Source of the DNA: Raillietiella orientalis
Lineage: Eukaryota
Direction: 5' to 3'
DNA length: 64,000 nucleotides
Assembly: GCA_036172245.1 (NCBI GenBank)
Contig: JAYWIR010000027.1
Location: 2,480,001 to 2,544,000, forward strand
A program made the translations under genes and the position numbers. Shown one piece after another: positions 11,951-25,439 of this stretch. How positions within the stretch are numbered: the stretch's first letter is position 1; every line of letters starts with the position of its first letter. The notes beneath the pieces were generated by a model, which ran no database searches, was not told where the DNA came from, and was given only the letters and a program-made list of their open reading frames with translations.

Positions 11951-14900
11951 GCGTTCTCCTCCTCGGCTGGTTCACTCAGCTAAAGCTGTTGCCAAGATCC
12001 CCAGGCCATCTTCCTGGCTCTTTCGAGAGTGGGCCTCCCGCTGAGAGTGCGGCACGAGAGGGATGGCTGTCTCGGTGGGACGGGAAGCGCGTCATCCCGA
12101 GCAACCCGTTCCAAAGGAAGCGACGTGGGCTCGCGCGCTTCCTTCTTACCCCCGAGAGCAGACGCGTATGAACCGACAACAAACGCTCATTCTTCTGCGT
12201 TTTCTCCGAAAAAAAAAAAAAAAATGGTGGCTTGGACGAACAGGAGGAGGAGGTACCATTTCTCCTTCCGGTCCTTCGTCACCTTTTCCCTACCTTTTGA
12301 CGCTCTCGACATGTAATCACGAGGATCTCCACGGGAAGGAAGGAAGGGTGGCAGTGTTGTTCGGAGTCCCTAGGCGCGTCCCAGGATCATCGCCATCTTT
12401 CGCGATCGCGCAAAAGTCCTTCCGTCGCCGTTCGGGCGTTCCTCCCCTTGCGGTGTGTCGATTTGACCGCAGCTCGTTCCGGGAGGCGGCAGCAACTCGT
12501 CCCTGCTGCCTACTCTTACTCCTCTGCTTCACGTGAGTGCACGTGCCCGACCATCTCCCTGGAAGGCAGGTGGGGTGGGTGTGATGGGGTAGGTTTGTGT
12601 GAGTTCCTGGGACGAGCTTCATCTTCTTACGCTGCCTCTACTCTTAACTCAGGAAAGTCTCGGCCACGCCTCCTCGAGGCTTTTCTAAGTTTTCCAGGTT
12701 CCTCCAACAAGGAAGAGGATCCTCTTCCTTGTCGCGCACGCCGCCAACAGAGGTGTTTGCACTTCTCTCCTCCTTCTTCCTTGCATCAGCAGGAATCTCA
12801 TAGGATTGAAACCTCTATCGACCTCTGTCTCTCCTGAGAAATTCCTTCCGTGCACCAGCGGGCTCTTCACCCCCACATTATCTCCATTCAGTCAACGCCC
12901 CTGCCCCTTTAGGGAGCCTCGGCTGCATTGGAGCGAGGGGCTTCAGAGGGTTCTGCATCTCCCCCAGGTCTCCAGCCTGCCGGCGCAACAGGGCGCACAC
13001 GGTGTATCTCACCCTCTTTCTGGTCCCCCCACCCCCTTCTTCTGCCTCTGTACCGTGCTGTTAACTTTTCAGCCGATGCGAATGCTCCATGAGCCATTTT
13101 CGGCAATGGGGGAAGGAGAGAGAGAGCCGTTTGGCTTCCTTACTTACCCTTTTCTGGCTTTTCCCCGTGTGGCCTCCCTGGAGAGAACGTTCGAGGACGT
13201 CTCGCGGAGGTTACGGGGCAGCGTTGGGCGGATAGCCGTCGACCTTCCTCCTTCATCGGCATTCCTGTCGCGGTGGAGGTTGCGATAGCGATAGCGGAGG
13301 GGGAAGGGAGAGGTTTTTGAGGAAGGAGACCGATGACGAAAGGGAGAGTCTCATACCCCTCTTCCGCATCTGTCGTCCTCCCCCTCAAGGTCGTGTCATC
13401 GTCAGAAGAGAGCGCCTGCGCGCGCGCTTTCTTCACTGAAGTTCCCAAACGACGCGAGCAGCACCGATTCCCGTGGAGTCCCGAGGAAGTGCATGGAAGA
13501 GACTTAGAGAAATCCTGGCAAGGAAGAGGAAACTTAGTGACTTCCATTGCACCCTCCATCTTCTCCCCACCCCCCTGCAGTAGGTTTCAGCCGCACATCG
13601 CTTCTCTCCATCGACTCGGATTCGTTCGCTCTCACCGGCTCATTGTTTCTGTCCTGTCCGTGCCCGTTACTCAGGGCAACGCATGGCTCCTTACGAGCTC
13701 CTCTTACGAAGCCCCAGAAGAAGGGAGAAGAGCAACCGAGCGGACAACAGTGGCTCCTTTCGAGGCTGGCGCACGCCGTCAACCGAGGTGTTTGCACTTC
13801 TCTCCCCCTTGATCCTTGCATCAGATTCGCGGGCTTTTCAACGCATCCACAGCCATGCAGCTACGCGGCGTGCAGAAGAGAGAAAGGCGAGAGTGGGCAA
13901 AGGGGGGGAAGTGGTCTCCCAGATAGGATGCTCTCTTACGTGTCCACTTCTTTTTTTCTCCTGCTGCTCTGTTCCCTTTTCCAGAGTCAACTTTACGCCC
14001 TACCTTCTTTTCTTCGATTTCCTCCCCATTTTCCTCCACTTTTCTCATGCAGTTCCGCGGAACGAATTAGGATCGGGAACGAGAGGATGAAAAGAGAGAT
14101 GTCAAGACCGTTCCTCCAAAGGGAAAGCAGGGGAGTGTTGGAGTGAGGTGGGAGGAGAAGGGAAAAAACAGCGTTTTCTCTTCCTGTCAGTTTCAGCTCT
14201 GCTTACCCAGGAAAGAGGTGTGGCTATGGAGTCATGTGGACAAGGGCAATCCTCTTTATGACGAGACAGCAAGCAGCACGCCACAGAAGCCTTTCTTCTC
14301 ATGGATTTCTCCTAATTCTTCTTTCTTGTAGCGGGTTCATTCATTCAGAAAGTCAACTGCCGCTGATACTGCTGCTGCCTCAAGTAGGCTGCACCGACCC
14401 GCTGCGCCGCTGCCCCGCTTTTCTCCCTCCTTTCCACGGACACTACCACATGACGACCGTCCCAGGATCCGTTGAAGCGAACATTAACATGAATGAGAGG
14501 AGAAGGATTCTTCATCCTCAGAATCCTATCCTCGCCTCTCCCGAGGAAGCGCTTCCGGTTTCGAGGCGGTGAGGGGAAATCGAGAGGCTCCGAAAGTCCC
14601 GAGCTCTCGTCATGGAGGAGTCAGAGGTTTGATGTGTGTCGAACCCAGAGAGTCGCCTACCTCTGGGGAGCGGACAAGGAATCTCCGAGCAAGGCGCCCA
14701 CCACTAGTCTAGGCGAGAGACCACACGCAGACCGGTGGGCTGCAAGGGACGACAAGCTCCCTGGGAGGATGCGCACAGAATCTTGCATCCATACGGCAGG
14801 AGCAGGTCAGCCAGGTTCACGGAAGCCAGACTCCCGAAAATCTCCTCCCTTTCATCCCTCCTCCCCTCTCTTTCCAACCCTCCTGCGGAAGAGGCGGGTG

Positions 14901-16559
14901 AAACTCAAGAAATGCCTCTGCTAACCTATTCTAAGTGGGCAGAGGCGGTTCGTTCTCTGGAAAAAGCGTAGATCAGAGGATCACGCCTCTGTCAGAGGAG
15001 TGGGTTGTCAGTCAGAAAAACAAAAAACAGATTGACCTTGCCGGGAGTTCACTTCCGTGGTCAGAGGAAGAACAGACTCAGGTCTGCAAAGCTCAGGAGC
15101 AGAGGATTAGCAGAGCCGGAGAGAGCGCAGTCGCTCAAGGCGGCGGATCGCAAAGGCGAGGGAACTTCCCGGATGCACCGTCAGAGAGCAGATGGGAGCC
15201 GTTGCTTCCAGCTGCAGCTAGTTCCACCTTTCCAGCTAGGATCCTCCGGAGAGAAATCGACTGTCCAACCCTCTTGCTTCCTTTCCAAAGAGCGGAGAAC
15301 GGAAGAGGAGGAGTACTGTTCCTCTCACTCTTCTTGTATCTTCCAGGAAGGAAGAGAACTTTCGTTTCCTGAGGAGCAGGCACCCCCGCAGCTATGTCGG
15401 GCGGCTCCAGTTGACGTCCTGATACCTGAGGGATCACGATTTCTTGTAGGCTCCCCTATCCACCCTCCGCTTTCCGCCGCAGAGGTCTTTGTTTTCCGAG
15501 GGAGATGGGAAACGGCCGGCAGGGGTTGCTCATTCCCTGCGAGTCGAAACGACGTGCTTCTCGTCTTTCCATTCTCTAATCCAATCCCTCCTGTTCCAGA
15601 GAATGGATCCTTCTGGAGATTACAAGTGCCATATGGAGGGATCTAGCGAGGCTTCATGCTTAGGGGAAACCCGAGTCTCCACTTCAGCAGCGGCAGCAGC
15701 TCCTTCTGGCTGCTCTCGGAGGAGGCAAGAACCGCTCGCATCCCTGTTTCCGTTCCTTTCCCCGTCATCCTTTTTTCCTCCTCCTTTCCCATCCGCGCTG
15801 AAAGCGTGGTCCTGGAAGAAAACTTTGCCTGTCGGCACTCCCGAAAGGTTGAAGGGACTTTTCTGGTCACAGAATGAGGGCACAGTAAGGAAGGAAAGAA
15901 GCCGAGAGTTCTGGGAACCGGCAAGCTTGCCTTGCAAGGAAGGACGATGGTCGGCTGAGGGTCCACTCCGATTTCTCGACCCGGGATTCCATTCGAATGC
16001 TGGACAGGAGATGCTTTCGGTCGAAACTGTAGGAAGGAAAGAGAAAAGTCCAAGGAGAATCTTTCGTCAGGATTGCATGCAATGTTCCTGGCGCCCGTGA
16101 CGGTCCCTGCTGCTTCTGGACCTCCCTATTTCGAGTGAGTAATTTGATATCCACTCGAAAGAAGCTTCCTTTCGAGAAGAGGAAGTCGTCCCTCCGCTGC
16201 CCGGTCTGCAACTGGAGGAGGAGCAACAGAAGAGAGGAGAAAGTAAGGTTTCCATCTTGCCTCGATGCCTGAGACCTCGCTTACCCTGAACGTGCCTTCG
16301 ACCCTCGCCCGACTTTCGCAAGAAGGGTCACTCTGAAAATCGACTCCAGGTCGTTGCAGCGGTAGGGAAAAGCCTCGCTGGTGAGACGACGGGTGCGGAG
16401 ACCTGGTGGCTGGAAGCTAAACGACGCCGTTTCGCCAAGCTTCCGCCGGGCGAAGTGGCGGCAAGAGACTCCGACGTCTTCCTTCTGTCCTTTCTTAGGA
16501 AGTTTTATGGGAGCTCCTCAGTTCCTTCCCGGTAGTCAGTAGTCACGACTACCTCTGTG

Positions 16560-16965
16560 ACGACGCACGATGCTACTCGAAGCAGCTCTTGACACATTGG
16601 TAGCGTGAGAGGGCATTGTGGGAACGGAAAAGGGTGGCACACATCTCTCCCTCTTGCGCCCCATTATTCCGTGATAGAAGAGGGGGGTAGGGCCTCTCGA
16701 ATAGTGTATGTGAATTTCTCTGGAGAGGATCCATGCTATCCATAGGAGAGTGCCTGCGAAAACCAAGGCATCTGCTCGTCTCCCACTCGCAGGCTCGCGT
16801 TCGCTATGGTTATGTTCACAAGGGACGGAGTGCAAGGAAGCAGCCCACCTTCTGTGATCGACAGAGCTGTAACCATCAAGTGTAACCATCCAGCCATCAT
16901 CTCCCTGCGTATGGACTTCTTCTGACCTGAAGATTTTTCTAGATTCGAGTAATGCCTCTGTGATG
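16560..16965 (-). pseudogene. Possible scrambled cathepsin B-like (papain family) remnants
   Basis: Frameshifted pieces HYS...SIRREMM, VGC..VPCEHNHSEREP, DVCHPFPFPQC resemble the cathepsin B occluding-loop region; no catalytic Cys/His seen. Confidence 0.3.
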
Positions 16966-17287
16966 TCACGTGCGGAGAAGTCTAGAACTTATAGTTAGAC
17001 AGAAATGAAAAGAAAGGCAAAGAGGAGGAGGAGAGGAACTCTCCGTCCGCTGAAGGATCAGGGCGAAGCGCGGAACATGCGACGCAAAAGCTCTCCAAAA
17101 AGCGGAAGAGAGGGAGACGGTGACGCTTTTTGGAGTTTCATCTCATAGAAGCCGATTAAATGAAGAGCGACCTTCTCCCCCTCATAACATTCGTCCTCGC
17201 CGCGTGAGAATGCGGTAGAGGGAAGCGGGGATTACGGGAGTTGCACAACAACGCGGCAGCGAGGGAACATCCACAGCATGCAGACAG

Positions 17288-17642
17288 ACAAATAATAAAA
17301 CAAACATTCTACCACCATATTCCACATTATAACCAGATACCAACTCAGACTCACCTTCCAAAAAATCATATGGCAAACGATTAACTTCTGTCAAACACAC
17401 AACAACTCATACAACTAATCCACCCAAACTACAAAACATTAACCACCTTCCCATTTCCAGCCTTAACCCATATCCTCCTATAAACACAACCACACTCAAT
17501 CATGCATACCACGTACAACAATCATGCATACTTCATAAGAAATCATTTGAGCTATCGAATGTACCACACCTATATTTACTATTACTAACCCCATATATCC
17601 TTCCTGTTAAATAACACACAAACAACATTAAACCCATTAGTG
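17288..17642 (-). pseudogene. ND1: NUMT: degenerate mitochondrial NADH dehydrogenase subunit 1 fragment
   Basis: Encodes SNSKY, AQMISYEV and [26 protein letters not shown]; needs TGA=Trp and AGR=Ser; strong G/T strand skew; contains deletions and frameshifts. Confidence 0.92.
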
Positions 17643-19830
17643 GTATGGAGCACCCCCGAACCAGGGAAAAAGTGAAGTTTGAAAAAAAGGAGAAACGGAA
17701 CGAAAGTTCATGGAGAGTAAATACATCATTCGCGGGAAGATTCGACTCCTCCGCTTCTCTCCTTCCAATAGAACATTTTTTTTTTCTTTTCTGTTGCTTC
17801 TGTTTCAAGATTTGTGTCGTAACTAAAGGGGAGAGGAAGAGAGAGAAATAGCATATACTCACGTACATAAGGTAACAACAACCAAGGAATTAACGCCGGT
17901 TGCCGTCCCAAGAGGGCATGAAGGTCATACTAGCATAGAAAGTGAGTCGTGCAGCCACGTCCAGCAGCCGCGGGTTCGTCTTGAAAGCACCTCCGGTGCT
18001 CAGATGAGGGAAAACGGGGATTCCGTGCAATCTTGCGTCACGCAGGAACAACAGTGCGGGACTCTGTCGCTGACGTCCGCGGGCACGTGACGCCTCCTGT
18101 CTGTTTAAGGGCACGGGGAGTTCTGAGAACTGACTGACGAGGAATAAGAAGGAAATCAACCCCAGACTTCCCGAACCATCTTAGCCAAAGGGCCGAGGAG
18201 CCTCCATTGCTAACTTCGTGCGGGTTATCCTTCCTTCCGGTGTCCTTTTCAACGGCCCGCTCGCGGGCGCCGCTGCCAAGAGTACGGTGGTAGTCCCCGT
18301 TTGCTTTGAATCTTCCTTTTTTTTTTTTTTTTTGACACGATCGATCTTCGGATCTACCTGTGTCCCTTCCGATGCCATCCATGCGTCGCCGACGACTTCA
18401 GCACCGCCGCAACCCGGGTCGCTCTCAACGCGAGGTGCACCTCTGGCGCTTTTCCTGCTCTCGTCTTTCGTCTCAGTACGTATTCTCGAAGGAATGGCAA
18501 CGATCTCGCAACCACTTGGTAAGGACCCACAGGACCCACAGACCACCTCAGAGCTGCCCTCATTTCCAAATTTTCCTAAAGACCGTCGCTAAGGAAACTC
18601 TGCGTAACGTCCTTACGTAGAAATGCCTTCGTTTTTTTTTTTTTTTCTTTTTTTTTCCCCCTTTTTCCTTTTCTCTCTCTCTCTCGCTCTCCCTGCAATC
18701 GAACCTGCTTTTTGTCTGGTACTTCGAGACTTGACTCTTCATTATTCTCTTGGGAGCTTCTTTCCAGGGTGTCTGTGATGATCTGCATGAAATCGTAACC
18801 TTGAAAAAAGTTTCATGTTTTAAAAGAACAAGCGGAAAACGAGTAGAAATCCAGAAACGGATCTTCCATTCTAATAGCCGGAGGTGCGTACGTAAGCGCG
18901 TGGATCTCAAAAATGCTGACTTGCGTGGCTCGAAGCGTTCTTGACCCTAGAAGGGTAACATGGAGTCTTGTTCGGCACTCGGCAACTCAAATGTGCACAC
19001 TCTCTCTGCCGGGGTCCGCGCTGCGAACATCCCGTTCCAGGCTGCCTGTTTCTGAGCCTTCCGTGTGCCCGGGGTCGCAACCGCGTGCATATCGGTTGGT
19101 TTCGTTCCATTTCGTGCCCGACCGTGTCGTACACGGCACCGTACACGGTACACGTTGCCTTTCACGTTACACATCAAAATCTGCACCCGCCGCCTCTCAT
19201 AATGAAATTTTCACACAAAATGAACGGGGAAGGTTGGTGGGGAAACCAATCGGGAAGAGTTTTCATCTGATGAAGACCAAGATTTGGATGATGGAAAATT
19301 CGGAAGCAGACAGCGTACAAGACGACGACTTTCCAGCTGATGGAAGTTTTCTCATGCAATGTTGGACGGGGCCGGGATAAATTCGCATGTGGTGTTCATT
19401 GCCAACAGCCTTGGGAGTCCGAGTTTCCAGAAAAATGTTCCTTCGAAATCGAAGATACCAGCTTGCTACACCTCGCAAGGAGCGCTGGTTACTGATGCAA
19501 ACATTCGTCTCGTTCCTTGCGAAATTTGATTTCATCCGTCCGAAATGAAGGTCCCAAGATGTTCCAGAAGAGCCTTAAACCGTCCACAAGCGCTGTGAAA
19601 TGCGCCCACGTTCCGCCCAACCGGAAAGGAACGGAAAAGTGAACCTGTCGCCAAAAAGACATAGACGCCCAACACCAGGGGGCCTTTAGGCTGCACATGT
19701 GCAAACAACTCGCGAAATAATTTGCAAAGATGGTTGTATCATTCACGAACAAAATGAAAGACAATTAAAGTTTCATCGTTTTAATCGGTGCACCAGAGGG
19801 CCTCACGCAACCATTCAAGTACAATATAGT

Positions 19831-20655
19831 CCCATCACCCTGCTAGGGTGACGTGACGGGGCATTTATTATGAAAAAAGTGTAATAAAAGTCGTCTATAT
19901 TATAGGTTCGTGGCAGAACGTTCGGTTCTACCACGTGCGAAGGACTTGTCAAAAGCGGTACGCAGACGGGTGAGGTCCGTTCCATCGGCGAAGGGCGAGG
20001 GAAAACCACACACAAAAAAAAGGAGGGGGAAAAGTTTCGTAGGGAGGGGAGGGGAGGGAAAGGATCACTGTTCGCCTACAGACGTCCAGTGGATTGTCGT
20101 CCAGTGTATGGAGTCCCTGAGATTTCGCCCTCTCCTTGTTGCGTTCCAGCATGCCACGATTCCACGGAAACTGCTAGGGACGCGGCTGGAGGAAGATCGG
20201 TACGCCGGGGGAGGAGTCGGAAAATGTCCTTTGGTTCGCCCGCCAGTTTTCCTAGGATCATTGAGAGACGGATCTAAAGGGGTCGAAGGGCAAAACTGTC
20301 TACCAATAAGTGCGGGAAGGTGTCTTTGTGGCCGTCCCTTTCACAACGGGCATCGACGTTCCCCCGTGTCCCTACACGGGGGAGCGTGCTCTGCTGGGAT
20401 TCCCCAATGCAACAACAGCGACGTCATCTCTTGCCATCTCTTGAGGGGGAGGGCGCCACTGTCCCAACACGCCGGGGGCCACTTCACCTCCTCCGGAGGT
20501 ATCGTGAGCAGCTCGCCCCAGAGCACAAGTCCTTTCTGCGGGGCACACGAGGTCGCAGCGTACGCTAGCTGCCGAGTTGTCCACGCGCTTAAAAACGTTT
20601 TCCTGCCTTGGATACGGCAGGACGCTTCCCATCTTGCCGGGAGGAGATGGGTCAA
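19831..20655 (-). mobile_element. L1/Tx1-like LINE 3' copy C
   Basis: EEVKWPPACWDSGALPLKRWQEMTSLLLHWGIP shared with other copies; 3' UTR hairpins; AATAAA plus terminal hairpin at 19831-19870. Confidence 0.8.
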
Positions 20656-22142
20656 TTAAATGAGTTGCAAGTTTTTCATATTTTTTCTTTGAAAAAAAAA
20701 ATAAAAACAAAAAATGCTGCTCTCGTGTGACAGAACTGGATGAATTACATTAACTGCAGGTACTTACGAACCTCAGGATTTCTCGTCGGCATGAATTACG
20801 GGAGCGCTCCCTACAGAACCAACCTGTCTATTTGTCTGCTTCCTGTTCCTCGTTTTCGGGCTTGCAATCAGGGCAGGCTTCGCTAACATCTGCGAAGAGC
20901 CACGGAGCGTCCGACGTCGCGCTGATGGAGGCCGCCAATGTTTGGTTCCTTCGTAAGCGACGGGGTGGCTGGAAAAAGCCACGTGAGCAACCTAGCAACG
21001 GCGGACCTTTGGTAAGGGAAGCTCCTTACTGCCCACCTACCATTTGATTTTTTGGTCCGTGTGTACACGTCTGTACACAGAACAGTACACAGAATCTGTA
21101 CGCCTGCTTTTCATCTTTTTTCCTTTCCTCTTGAACCATTACTTACGATGGTTTCGTAATCGACGGTACATTTCTGGAATTAAGGCCGGGATGCATCGAA
21201 GGGCTTTTGGGAGCCATCAAGTCAGCCAGAAGAACTCCCGAGGCACTCACTGCTGCCTCAATTCGTTGGTCGGTTTCGGTGCTCCTTCCAGGATGACGAG
21301 ACTGGAAGAAGCGCACGTGCACTCCGAAGAGGGATGCTGGATGTCGTGGTGCGCGGCGTTGAGAACCGGGCGGCTGCTTCGGATCCCGCCGTCCCCCAGC
21401 CGGGAACCATGGAGGTCGGTCGAGCTGGGAACGCGGTATGCTCGCCGAAAGACGCGCAACTCCGCCATCTCCGTTGAAGTGGGCGCTGCCGCCGCAGACG
21501 CGGTGCGGCATTTGCCTGCGCACAGCCCGTTCGGGAATCCGCGGGAGGGAGAGGGGCCGCCGGCACCACGCGCGGCCTTGCCCACGGAGCTTCAACCTGC
21601 ACTTCTCCAAGAAGTTTCCTCCTTCCGCCGTCGTTACATTCCACACAGGTTTCGGGGGAAATCCCCGCTCCTGGGTCATCGGGAATTCTCAGGGGAAGGG
21701 GGGGATTCGAAGACACTGAAGCGAGCCGATGGAAAGAAATCAGTTGTAACTGGAACCAGGCCTCGCGCAGATGGCTGCCCTTTCCTCCAAACACTTCAGG
21801 GCTGGTTCTCAGATGCTTGGCTCCGGAGAAATCTGCGCCTTTTCATCTTTTCATTCTCTTTTCTTTTACCGTCGAAGGACGAGGACTCGTTCCCGTGTTC
21901 CAGACGTTGGTTCGAGCCCATGGACCTTAGTTTCCGATACCTCTTCGCTGCGGAAAGGGCACTTTGTTGCTGTCTTCCCGCTCGAGGGAACGTTGCGACC
22001 TGCTGCTGAGGGACATCCGGTGCCCTACGCTGCAGCCGGATGCCCTCCACTCTCGCGAGAGCGTCGCCTCCATAGCAGGTGGCAGCGGAGAGGAGGCTGC
22101 AGGCCCGGGCTTGATGAGTTGGACTGCTACCCCCTGTGCGCT

Positions 22143-22693
22143 AACCCGGGGGCTGTGTACCCAAACTGCTGCGGGTATGAGGAACGGGAGTCTTCCCGCA
22201 CCTGCATGTGGACCGTGTTGCCCTCCACGTTCCTGTGAGAACCCTACGGACCCCGGTTGACAACCTCAGGGACGTTATACAGCTCCTCTTCACGCGGGAC
22301 GCCCTGCAGCCAGCCTCAGCTCCAGTGGCTCTTTACTGCATCCGCGGGATTGTGGCGGCCTGGAGCGACGCACAAGGAGGACCTACGAGAGGGACGCCAT
22401 CGAGGGTCACTTCGCTTTCTGCGGATGGCAGCAAGATGGCCTTTCTCGGGATGGACCTAGCACCGGCATCCTGGAAAGGATGCAGAGGACTCTCTCCCGA
22501 GGGCAGTAATCCCTTCCCGGTTCTCCATAGTGTTTCTATTTATTTTTCCTTTTGTTTTCCCCTTTCCCTCCGCCGCTGAGTCGCCGGTCCACTGACCGGA
22601 GACCCTGCAGGTCCATGGACAAACGGAGCGACAAATACAATTTGCGAGTTTCTTTTCGATTTTAAGAAACGCCCCGGCGCGTCCGGGTGGAAA
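22143..22693 (+). mobile_element. L1/Tx1-like LINE 3' copy D (near-identical to 44935-45485)
   Basis: LLFTRDALQPASAPVALYCIRGIVAAW; terminus gccccggcgcgtccgggtggaaa. Confidence 0.8.
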
Positions 22694-22974
22694 TCGGAGA
22701 CGAACAGGGCGGAGGGCGCCCTCCCAAGAGTAAGAGAGGAACAGACTCCTTCCTCCGGAGCATTCCTGGATTCATGGTGTGGTCCCTCCGTGGTCACTCC
22801 CTATTACCTGAAGCATCAAACGTCCCCTCGGATGACGTGGACAGTCTTTAAAGGCTTCGTGAGCCCCCCCCCCCTCCCCCGAAAGGGAGGCTCCTTTCTT
22901 ACGGTTCTTCAGCACTCCTTGAGGGTCAAAAAAAAAAAAAATCTGTAAGGAAGGCAGCGAAAGCAGAACCCCCA

Positions 22975-24081
22975 AAATCTTACCATGATCATGGCTCCGC
23001 ATAGGGATGGTGGACTGGACACTCTTATGCTGGAGAGGATGGAGCGTCAGCTCCAGCTCATAAGACTCGCCCTCGCAGCGAGATTATGGACCGCTAACCT
23101 GCGCGGCTCCTCGCGGGGAGTGCAAGACCGGTTGCGAGGGAGACGCATCCCTCCTCGTCGCTAGCGATTGCATTGCGGACGCCGACTCCGCTAAATGGCT
23201 GTCTTGGTGGAGGAAACACTTGCATCTCCTGTCTCCCCGCCAACTGCACTGCTTGGCTCCAGGAGTCGGGGCTTCGCTTCTAGAAAGATGCACGGCGCGA
23301 GCGAGGCGGGCTAGGCCTGCTCTGCAGTAATGAATCAACGCTCGCAAGTCGCTGGAGGAGGTTGTGAGCAACCCGCAATAGGTGGGCCTCCTTCACCCTC
23401 CTTCACCCAGTGCTGTCCTCCCTGAGGGACGCAAGGGATAGAGTAATCCCGGCAAGATGGGAAGTAAAGAAGAAACTTGGGGGGGGGGGGCGTGGACAAC
23501 TCGGGAGGTGGCGGACGCTGCGACCCCGGGTATCCCACCCCAAGGACTTCTAAGCTGGGGAGAGCTGTTCGACATCCCTACGGAGGAGGTGAAGTGGCCC
23601 CCAGCGTGTTGCGACCGTGGCGCCCTTCCCCTTAAGTGGCGGGAGTTGGAGTTGCTGGTGTTGCATGGGGGAATCCCATGAGAGGCGCGCCTTCACCACT
23701 GGACACGGGGGAGCATGGACGCTCAGTGCGACAGGTGCGGGAAGGAGGAGACCCTCCTGCACCTGCTGTCTGACCCCTTCGGAATCGCCTCGAGACGATC
23801 CTGGGGACCCCGGTGAACATTTTCCCAAAGCGTGGCCCCAGGAACATTTTCAAACACCTCTCCGAGCGTGACGCACTGCCGCCAGCCGCGTCCCTCGAAG
23901 TCATCTGCTGTCTTCGTGGCACAGTGTACGCCTGGAACGCGGGAAGAAGAGGCCGAAATGGCAGGAACGCCATCCGCTGGATGCGGATCTTCCTGACGAT
24001 CTCCTCGAGATGGTCCCGCCTGGGAGCTATACGGACAGAACTGACCCGGATGCAGAGGACGTCTGGTAGCGTACCGTGATC
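22975..24081 (+). mobile_element. L1/Tx1-like LINE copy E (thumb to ORF2 end, no 3' UTR)
   Basis: APHRDGGL (PxxxGGLG-like) at about 23003; QCDRCGKEETLLHLL at about 23724. Confidence 0.75.
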
Positions 24082-24084
24082 CTT

Positions 24085-24480
24085 GCTGAGGTTGGGCGGC
24101 GGCGAGCCGGTGCCGCGCTGCCATGGGCGCAGCAGATGCGTCCACGGAAGACTCGGAGGGCTGCAGTCCTTCCCGCGCGAGGACGCCTCGCCAGTTCCCC
24201 CCTAGGGCTGTCCTTCGGGTGCAGAAGTCCGACTGCGTCGGAGGCCTCCGCATTCCGACAGTAGGTGTCTTGGGAACGATCGCGGTCTCCCAGCACTCCA
24301 ATCGGCAGTGCCATCGGTAATAGACCCGCCACGAGCAACGCCCACGCGTTTCATGGGGGAAGGGGGTCACTGTGTATCCGGCCAGGTGTTCGGGTCGGCC
24401 TGTTGTTGCACCGGCGCCCACCCTCGTGGGTGAGAGGGAGGCAATCATCGGCGATGACTCCCTTAGGAGGGTCACCGCTA
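24085..24480 (-). mobile_element. LINE APE endonuclease remnant
   Basis: LPIGVLGDRD, DAVGLLHP and FRGRI resemble GDFN / DxWRxxHP / SRIDR. Confidence 0.4.
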
Positions 24481-25439
24481 GCGCCACGCAAGGGGCGCGC
24501 CGCGGTTGGTTTGCAGTGACGAGAGATCCCTCCCGATGCTTTGGAAACGTAACAGCCAGATCCAGGTGTATTTCTCCATTTCTGCATTTGGTGCCCCCCC
24601 CCCTTCCCCTCTTCCCACGAGGCGGATCTCACTGGCCGGTTTCCACCCAGAGTGCCCAGAATCATGCGAGTTCTAGGAGGAAGTCTTGCCCCATTCCTCT
24701 CCATGATTCTCTTTCATCTCTCTCTCTCACTTTTGGCAATAAAAAAAAAAGAGAGAGAGAGATAAAAGGGAATCATGAAGAGGAATGGGGCAAAAGTTGC
24801 AACGAACGCCTCCCAGCGTGACTGGATGTCGCAAGTGGCTTCCGGGGAGGAGACAACTTCCTTTTCCAGGACGAGATCGGACACTAAGGTGGGGCCATCG
24901 TGACGGCCCGCAAGGAGTGCGGTGGCACCGCCGCCAAAAGACTTCGCTAGCCCCACCTTCCCTGCGAGAAAAGCAGTCGGAGTCGCGGTCTTAATTCCCA
25001 ATAGGAAATCCGAGAAACTCACGTTGTGACCGAATGACGTAGTTGACACCGGAGAGCTGCACCCCAGCATCTTTACCCCCCCCCCCCCCTCCGTCCTTCC
25101 ATCTTCGCACACATACACACCATCCCGTTCCTACCCGCCGCACACACATCCTTCCCGCCGGACGCCGGTCCCCGGGAAGCAGCCAGTCCGCCCTCTCCCC
25201 TCTCTCACTTCACCGGAGCTGCCCCCCACCCTCGCGTACTCCTTGCGTGGAAGATTCCCGATTGATTCGCCTCAGGCGACTTCCGCGGAAGCCCTGGTTG
25301 CTTCATGAGAATGAACGACCGGGACGGGACGCACTTTCGGTATCTCGGGGCAGACGGAAGGGCGGTACAGAGGTCCATCAAGCACGGGGGGCACTCCGCC
25401 CCAGTCTTGGGAACCCACACTGCGCTTCCACGTGCATGC

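Noticed and set aside
19266..19300. Hammerhead ribozyme core (CTGATGA...GAAA), here and at other CTGANGA sites
   Set aside because: No convincing stem II or flanking stems
22694..22800. Site-specific targeting of the LINE into family 2 repeats
   Set aside because: Adjacent junctions fall at different positions and most copies have unrelated flanks
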